The notes below the pieces were generated by a model. It saw only the letters and a list, made by a program, of their open reading frames with translations, was not told the origin of the DNA and did no database searches. Shown here piece after piece: positions 57,884-64,000 of a DNA stretch of 64,000 nt. The DNA comes from Deltaproteobacteria bacterium. GTDB lineage: Bacteria; Myxococcota_A; UBA9160; SMWR01. The first letter of the stretch is position 1. Each line of letters begins with the position of its first letter. A program made the translations under genes and the position numbers. The stretch spans positions 10,362 to 74,361 of the forward strand of contig JAQBGU010000232.1 of NCBI GenBank assembly GCA_032128375.1. The letters run 5' to 3'.

Positions 57884-58783
57884 TTAGTAGCCGCGGGCGT
57901 CCTGTTCCACGATCTCGAGCTCGGCGAGCAGTTGCACGTACGCCGCGTGCCTCGACTGCGACACGCTTCCGTGCTCGATCGCGTCGCGGACCGAGCAGCC
58001 GGGTTCAGACCGGTGCGAGCAATCGTTGAAGCGGCAGTCGGTCTGGAGAGCCGCCTCGAAGCCCGGGAAGTGCCGGGCGAGATCGCGTGGCGAAACTTCC
58101 ACCGGGCCGAAGTCTCGGAACCCCGGCGTGTCCACCAGTTCGCCGCCACCCGGCAGCCGATGGAGTGTCGCGGTTGTCGTGACGTGGCGTCCGAGACCAC
58201 TGGAGCTGTTGAGCTCGCCCACCTGCAGGTCGATAGCGGGGCAGATCGCATTCAGCAGGGAGCTCTTGCCGACTCCCGAGGTTCCGATGAACACTCCCCT
58301 GTATCCCGCGGCGAAGTATTCCCGCAATGCGTCGAGCCCCTCACCCTGATGGGCGCCGACCAGAAAAGCGCGACTGCTCTGCGCGTATTCCAAAGCGAGC
58401 TGTTCGTAGTGCTGCTTTGATTCGGCGAGGTCGGCCTTGTTGACGATCAGGATCGGATCGATGTCGGCGGCCCTGGCGGACACGATCGCGCGGTCGAGAA
58501 ATCCGATCGGCGACTGAGGTCGGACGGCGATTACGACGCCCAACACGTCGAGATTGGAAGCAATGGAATGGACGCGCCCGTGTTTGTCTCGCCGGCTCAG
58601 TACGCCGCGCGCGGGTAGGCTCTTCAGGCCGCGATCGTCGAGCTCGACCTGGTCACCTACCAGGTGCCCAGAGTTTCGTCGCACGTCGACAGGCCGCTGG
58701 CTTCCGTCATCGAATCGAACCGCCACCGCCACTCCGTAGTGAGCGACGATGATGCCGCGCTGGGAGTTCGGATCGTTCGCCAT
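57884..58783 (-). CDS. rsgA: Ribosome small-subunit-dependent GTPase A
   Basis: NKAD, GTSGVGKSSL, GRHVTT, DTPG, CRFNDCSH..EPGC. Confidence 0.95.
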   Translation of the reverse strand: MANDPNSQRGIIVAHYGVAVAVRFDDGSQRPVDVRRNSGHLVGDQVELDDRGLKSLPARGVLSRRDKHGRVHSIASNLDVLGVVIAVRPQSPIGFLDRAIVSARAADIDPILIVNKADLAESKQHYEQLALEYAQSSRAFLVGAHQGEGLDALREYFAAGYRGVFIGTSGVGKSSLLNAICPAIDLQVGELNSSSGLGRHVTTTATLHRLPGGGELVDTPGFRDFGPVEVSPRDLARHFPGFEAALQTDCRFNDCSHRSEPGCSVRDAIEHGSVSQSRHAAYVQLLAELEIVEQDARGY

Positions 58784-58875
58784 GCCGTGCAGGGTATGGC
58801 AACGGTCGACCGGTTGCAGCGCCCTCGCCGGTGCGTTCGCGGGCCTCTAGTATCGGCGACGAGGGGGCGTGTTGC

Positions 58876-60975
58876 ATGCAGCTGCCGGCGGACGGCGACA
58901 AACGAGCACTCTGGGCCCTCGGGATCGCCAGCGTCCTCGTTCAGATCCCCTTTCTGAAGCGCGGTTACTCGCCGCTCGACGAAGGGTCGATGCTCGCGAT
59001 CGCGCAGGCCCTCGGCGACGGCGAGGTGCTGTACCGCGACAAGGCGACGTTCATCAGCCCCTTCATGTACGAATTGATGAGCGCGCTGCTGTCGCTGTTC
59101 GGCGAAACGCTGACGGTCGGGCGAGTATTCGCCGCGGGTGTATTCAGCGGCACCGTGATGGCTGTGTACTCGATCGCGAGATCGTTCGTTTCAGTGCGTT
59201 GGGCCGCCGTCACGGCGTTGTCGCTCAGCGTGCTCAAGCCGCTGGCGCTGCCGCTGTGGACGATTCCCAACTACAACCAGTTGAGCATGCTGTTCGCGTT
59301 GTTGGCCGTCGACGCGATGCTGCGTTTCCTTCGCGCGCACCACACCGGCGCGCTGGTGTGGGTCGGAGCATGGGTGGGTTTGACCGTCATCACGAAGCTC
59401 AGCCTGGGGGCAGCGGTCGGGCTGGCGGTTGCACTGACAGCGGCGCTCGAGGCATGGCGGTCCGCCACGTCGCTACCGCGAGAGCTGCTGCGTCGCGCGC
59501 TGGTGTTGGGTGGAGCAGCCCTGGTTCCAGTTGCCGTCGTGGTGCTCTTCTATGCATCGCAGGGCGCACTCGAAACAATGCTCGATCGCACGCTACTGGC
59601 GCTGGTCGGTGTTTCGAACGAGATGCGTGTGCCAATGCCGAATCCCGGGGTCTGGACAGCGCGCGGCGAGGATCTCTTCAATTTGCAGTACGAGTATTTT
59701 CCTTCGCCGATCTTCAACTGGTCGCTGTTGCGTGAAATCGACCTGTACGGCTCCTGGGCGGGGCGCGTCATCGAACAGGTCGTGAAATTGATGTACTACG
59801 GCCCGCTCGTCGCGACGGTACTGGCTTTCTGGGCAGGCGTGCGAGAGTGGCGACTCGAGGCCGGCTCACAGGCCGCATGCGGATGGATGCTGCTGGCCAG
59901 TTTTTCGGCGCTTGCGTATGGCAGCACGGTCCATCGTCTGGACTTCGCTCACATCTTGAACATGGCGCCCGCACCGCTGCTCGTTTGCGCGATCGTCATG
60001 CAGCGCTGGCCGGTTCGGGTGGTGGGTCTGCCGCTGGTGGTTCTAGCGGTCTGGTTGGCAGCCGGTGCCTTCGCGACCTACGCGGTGTATGACATTTACG
60101 ACACTCGGCTCGAGACGCCCCGTGGCGACTTGCTGGTGACATCAGACGATGCCGCCGACGCAACCGAACTGCTGGCGTTTCTGGGCCGGCAACCACGCGA
60201 AGCGCGCATCCTGCTGCTGCGAACGATGCCGATGTTCTATTTCCTTTCGGATCGGCCCATCCCCGGCCGCTTCGACTTGTACCTGCCCGGGTATTTTCGT
60301 CCCGGTGAGGACGCACGCACCGCCCGCATGATCGAAACACTGGACGCGGTGGTCTACAACCCGAACGATTCGATCGGGATTCCCAAACCCATCACGCAGT
60401 TCGCACCGCTGACCGCCCGCGCATTGGCCGATCGTTTCCAAATCGAAGCGGCACTGAATCCAACCGCGTTCGTGCTGAAGCCCCGGCGACCCGCACCGCG
60501 CGAGAAGCTGGTGGCCGACATCACCCGCGAATTCGACGCGCATGGCTCGGCTGCCGATCGGGTCGTCGCCACCAGTTGGTTGATGTACCCCGTGGTGACG
60601 ACCACGCTGCGAGCGGGCGACCGCGCGATCTGCTTCACCCATCGGCAACAGGTCCAGCTCGGCGACACGCTGTCGGTGTTGCCGATGTTTCATCACCTGG
60701 CCTGGACGGATCGCTACTGGCATGAGGCAGCGCGCCGAGCACATCTGGCGATCGAGGTTCGCGTCGAAGACGGAGCCAAGCCACAGGCGAAGACACTGTA
60801 CGCCGCAAACCACGTCGCCGGGCCGCCCGGAGACCGAATCGAGATCGGGCTCGATCGCTATGTCGGGCGCAGGATCGCGCTTCGCTTTTGCGCCCAGCGC
60901 TTTCTGGCCGACCACGAGAAGCGCAAAGTCGCGACGGTTGGCTGGGCCGATGCGCGAATCGTTCGCTTCGACTGA
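58876..60975 (+). CDS. GT-C membrane glycosyltransferase with periplasmic C-terminal domain
   Basis: DEG loop, LYRD...P, TK motif, multiple TMs. Confidence 0.75.
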   Translation: MQLPADGDKRALWALGIASVLVQIPFLKRGYSPLDEGSMLAIAQALGDGEVLYRDKATFISPFMYELMSALLSLFGETLTVGRVFAAGVFSGTVMAVYSIARSFVSVRWAAVTALSLSVLKPLALPLWTIPNYNQLSMLFALLAVDAMLRFLRAHHTGALVWVGAWVGLTVITKLSLGAAVGLAVALTAALEAWRSATSLPRELLRRALVLGGAALVPVAVVVLFYASQGALETMLDRTLLALVGVSNEMRVPMPNPGVWTARGEDLFNLQYEYFPSPIFNWSLLREIDLYGSWAGRVIEQVVKLMYYGPLVATVLAFWAGVREWRLEAGSQAACGWMLLASFSALAYGSTVHRLDFAHILNMAPAPLLVCAIVMQRWPVRVVGLPLVVLAVWLAAGAFATYAVYDIYDTRLETPRGDLLVTSDDAADATELLAFLGRQPREARILLLRTMPMFYFLSDRPIPGRFDLYLPGYFRPGEDARTARMIETLDAVVYNPNDSIGIPKPITQFAPLTARALADRFQIEAALNPTAFVLKPRRPAPREKLVADITREFDAHGSAADRVVATSWLMYPVVTTTLRAGDRAICFTHRQQVQLGDTLSVLPMFHHLAWTDRYWHEAARRAHLAIEVRVEDGAKPQAKTLYAANHVAGPPGDRIEIGLDRYVGRRIALRFCAQRFLADHEKRKVATVGWADARIVRFD

Positions 60976-60992
60976 TGGGTAGGCAACCAACC

Positions 60993-62342
60993 TCACCAAA
61001 CGACGCCGGGCTTCTCCATATGGCGAATGTTCCACAAGGCGTCGGAATAGAAGAACGCAATCGCGATCGCGACCGAGAGTACCGCCAACACGCTCCAGAC
61101 GACCCGCCGTGTCCAGGCGCCGCGCTGTGTCCAATCGTCGAGAACCTCACTGGTGTAGTACGCGAAGGGAACCGACAGGCCCAACAGGAAGCCCGCCTTG
61201 CGCGTGACGAACCAGGGGTTCTTCCAAGTAAACAGCACATAGCCCACCAGGCTGATGCCGACCATCGAAAGCAGCAGCACGTCCAGGCCGCGCTCACCAC
61301 GCAGCACGCGCCGAATGCCGCGCAGCAGGCCGGTCGCGTAAGCGCACATCGGAACCAGCGCTAGCGTGGTGATCAACGTGCCGACATGGCTGACTCTCGG
61401 CGTGTCAGTCGGCAAGAAGACACGGTGTCCGTCGAACCACATGGTCAGGTAGGTGCTTCCCCAGATGGAACGCAACAAGCCGGGGTTGAGTACCTGGGGG
61501 TCGGTAAACGTCACGAGTGGAAACCGCAGGTAATCGACGAACGCAGCCCTGCCGGGTGGCATCGTGAACATGATCCTATGGGTTTCCAGACCGTGCGGGT
61601 AGAGGTATCCGTACTCGACGAGGTTGCGGACGTAATACCAGCCTCCCAACACGCCGGCGACCGAAACGAGTACCCCGATGGGAAATAGCGACTCGCGAAT
61701 CGCATCGCGCCGCCACGCGTCGACAAAGAGGGCTAACACGAGACTGCCGATGACCAGCACGCCGGTGAGTTTCGTGAGGAACGCGGCGCCAGCAACGATT
61801 CCCACCGCTACCGCGTGTCGGGCGGTGAATTCGGGTCGCGGGCTCGCGAGTCGCGCTCCCGCGATTGCGAGCGCTAATGAAATCCACATGGCTGCGACGA
61901 TTTCTTCGGTCAGCATCGCGCTCATGTAGATATGCACTGGGAGGAACAGGATGAGTCCCCCAGCCAACAGCGCCCGGCGCGGGTTTTGGGGATCTGATTT
62001 CCGCACCAGCGCTACCGAAAGCGCCACGATGATCAGGCCTGCTCCAGAGACTGCCAGGCGCAACACGATGACTTTGGCATCGCGGTCCCAATCCGCGAGC
62101 AGCCGGGCGATGGCCCCGCCGATGTAATAGAACAGTGGCGGGTGAGCGGTCGACCAACCGGCGTCGGGGGCGGGAAGCTGCCAACTCTGGGTGAGTCGCT
62201 CGATGTAGTGCCAGTTGTACAGCGCGTCGAAGCCCCACAGCATTTCGTACCGCACGGCGTTGTTGATACGCATCGCAACCCCGACAACCAACGCGACCGC
62301 TGCGACGAGCCCGCTCGCGCGTCGAACGTCCAGAAGCGACAT
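60993..62342 (-). CDS. GT-C membrane glycosyltransferase (ArnT/PMT-like)
   Basis: GFD loop, HPPLFY, LTK, WYYVRN..YG, multiple TMs. Confidence 0.78.
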   Translation of the reverse strand: MSLLDVRRASGLVAAVALVVGVAMRINNAVRYEMLWGFDALYNWHYIERLTQSWQLPAPDAGWSTAHPPLFYYIGGAIARLLADWDRDAKVIVLRLAVSGAGLIIVALSVALVRKSDPQNPRRALLAGGLILFLPVHIYMSAMLTEEIVAAMWISLALAIAGARLASPRPEFTARHAVAVGIVAGAAFLTKLTGVLVIGSLVLALFVDAWRRDAIRESLFPIGVLVSVAGVLGGWYYVRNLVEYGYLYPHGLETHRIMFTMPPGRAAFVDYLRFPLVTFTDPQVLNPGLLRSIWGSTYLTMWFDGHRVFLPTDTPRVSHVGTLITTLALVPMCAYATGLLRGIRRVLRGERGLDVLLLSMVGISLVGYVLFTWKNPWFVTRKAGFLLGLSVPFAYYTSEVLDDWTQRGAWTRRVVWSVLAVLSVAIAIAFFYSDALWNIRHMEKPGVVW

Positions 62343-62511
62343 GCGCTAGCGCGCCCCGTGTGCGGAGGCGAGGCGCCGGCAGCGTGCAGGTCGGGCGCCA
62401 TGGATATCCGCTGCCAAGGGTTTCATCAATGATCTGCTCTTCGACTCGAGGAGATTTCGGCGTGGTCGTGGGCCGAGCGGCTGACACGATAGCGGAGCGT
62501 GTCGACGGCAC

Positions 62512-63864
62512 TCATGGAAGCTCTGCTCGCGCCAGTTGGCGGTTGAATCGATAGGCATGGCCGCCACAGCCGGCACTCGTCGCCAACGGCGAGAAGACCC
62601 GCGGTAGTGACTTCGCCCACGCGCTCTCGGGCATCGTGTCAGGCGCGAGGGCCACTGTCACATCGCGTTCGATCAGTCGCGCGAGCCACGAATGCAGATC
62701 TGCCTCGCGCGTCATGCGCTGCGCCAATCGGTAATCCACGATCTCGCACGAGCGGGTCGGAGCCACGTACACGAGCTCGTGCTGGAGGCGCGATCCGAAT
62801 AGCGGGTAGCGATAGCCGTTGTGCAGCAAGCCCGCCCAGTCCGTCGACACAGCGATCCGCTGGGCAGGCAGCTGATCGACGGTCTCCCAGATCGTCCAGT
62901 TCGAGGCGAACTCGGGCCACAGCGGGTGTCCATCGAACGCTTTGCGCTCCGCGCTCGCCGAGTAGACCCCGGAAGCGCAGACCATCGCGCAGCCAGCTGA
63001 TCCCGGCGCCGAGTACACAAATCGAAACGATCAGCGCAATGGCGCGCGCAGTTCGGTCGAATGGAGTAGCCAGCGACAGATTTCTGAAAAACACAATGAC
63101 AAGGCCGATCAATCCCAACAGTACGAGCCCGAGCGTGATGGCTGTGGGCAGTTCGATCGCCGACAATCCCATCGGTAGCCCGACGACAAGCGTGGCGATC
63201 GCAATCCCCGACTAGATCGGCTGGTCGGCTGGGAACCGAACGACCGACGCGAGTACGGCGCACGCGAGCAGCGCCGTTCCGAGATAGCGGCCCGGGTTCG
63301 ACGAATAGAAGTGCTGAAGGTGATCGGAGAACGGCGATAGCGTGAACGCGTAGATCGCGGTCCCGGCGACCGCAGCGAGAAATACGGCTGCCACACGTCG
63401 CTCGCGACGTGCCAGTAGAAACAGCCCAGCCAATCGGTGCGAGTGCGAGAAGCGCCGCGCCAGCGGGTCCGAATCCGAGATGGGTGCCCCCCAATGTACC
63501 GGCACGACCGAAGGGCCAGAACACGCCGACGGCGCGTTCGATGGCCGTGAATGAGCCGGGCGGCGGTTGGTAAGCCTGTCCCATCTCGTTCAGCCACCTC
63601 CACTGCCACTCTGCGTTTCCATCGAACAGATCCGCGCCAGACCAATTCCACGGCGAATGGGTAGAGCGGATTTCCGGTGGCGAGCCAGGTTCGGCCCTGG
63701 TGGATGAACAACACACAACTCGGTAGCGCCGCGAACGCGAGTTGCCGCTCGCGCCTCGCGGCGCCCTGTGTGGCAGCTGGAGCCATCAGCGCTTGCGCGC
63801 GTGCGGCCGGCGCACACGCCAACGCATTGAGCTTGGTGGCGCCCGCCAGGCCGAAAGCCGCCAC
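62512..63864 (-). pseudogene. Frameshifted GT-C-like membrane protein (5' part probably extends beyond this span)
   Basis: Protein-like segments (ATK; TGNPLYPF; HLGFGP; PGRYL; YRYPLFGSRLQH.L.YV) lie in successive different frames, with an in-frame TAG at 63212-63214. Confidence 0.7.
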
Positions 63865-64000
63865 GGCTAGTCCTCAAGTAAGCGCGGATCACTCATCTGG
63901 CGTTGAGTGCGGGTCCGGGAAACGAGGAACGGGAGCGCGCTTCCTGGTGTAATCTGGGTTTTCCAGAACACCTGATCCTCCAGAAAGCGACGCTCCCAAG

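Noticed and set aside
63212..63214. Pyrrolysine/amber read-through
   Set aside because: The same gene also has several frameshifts, so decay or sequence error is the simpler explanation.

Overview
GC-rich bacterial chromosomal segment with a Gram-negative envelope (lpxD, outer-membrane porin, lipoproteins). Four PEP-CTERM proteins, several GT-C membrane glycosyltransferases and Thr-type sulfatase-like proteins suggest a Myxococcota/deltaproteobacterial-type lineage (inference only). No rRNA, tRNA, CRISPR array or transposase was seen. Bases 1-12.5 kb hold a surface-glycan-like locus: the tail of a GT4 glycosyltransferase, a vestigial ABC exporter, two APH-like kinases, an AlgE-like porin, two PEP-CTERM proteins, a sulfatase-like protein with an internal repeat insert, and a sigma54 activator. 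It carries three clear sigma54 -24/-12 promoters and candidate enhancer sites. The middle is mostly housekeeping (greB, lpxD, rnhB, truD, cysK, acpP, polA, ECF sigma/anti-sigma, ABC-F, rbgA, rsgA). Highlights: (1) an AhpD/CMD-family gene split by the ORF track at an in-frame TGA in a CxxU motif followed by a SECIS-like hairpin, so a probable selenoprotein; (2) the sigma54-controlled kinase/porin/PEP-CTERM locus; (3) a DUF455 diiron plus ATP-grasp-like gene pair; (4) a PEP-CTERM-anchored beta-propeller/diheme protein; (5) two genes reduced to their two ends, one frameshifted GT-C pseudogene, and many short tandem duplications. All family calls come from motif recognition by eye, not from database searches.
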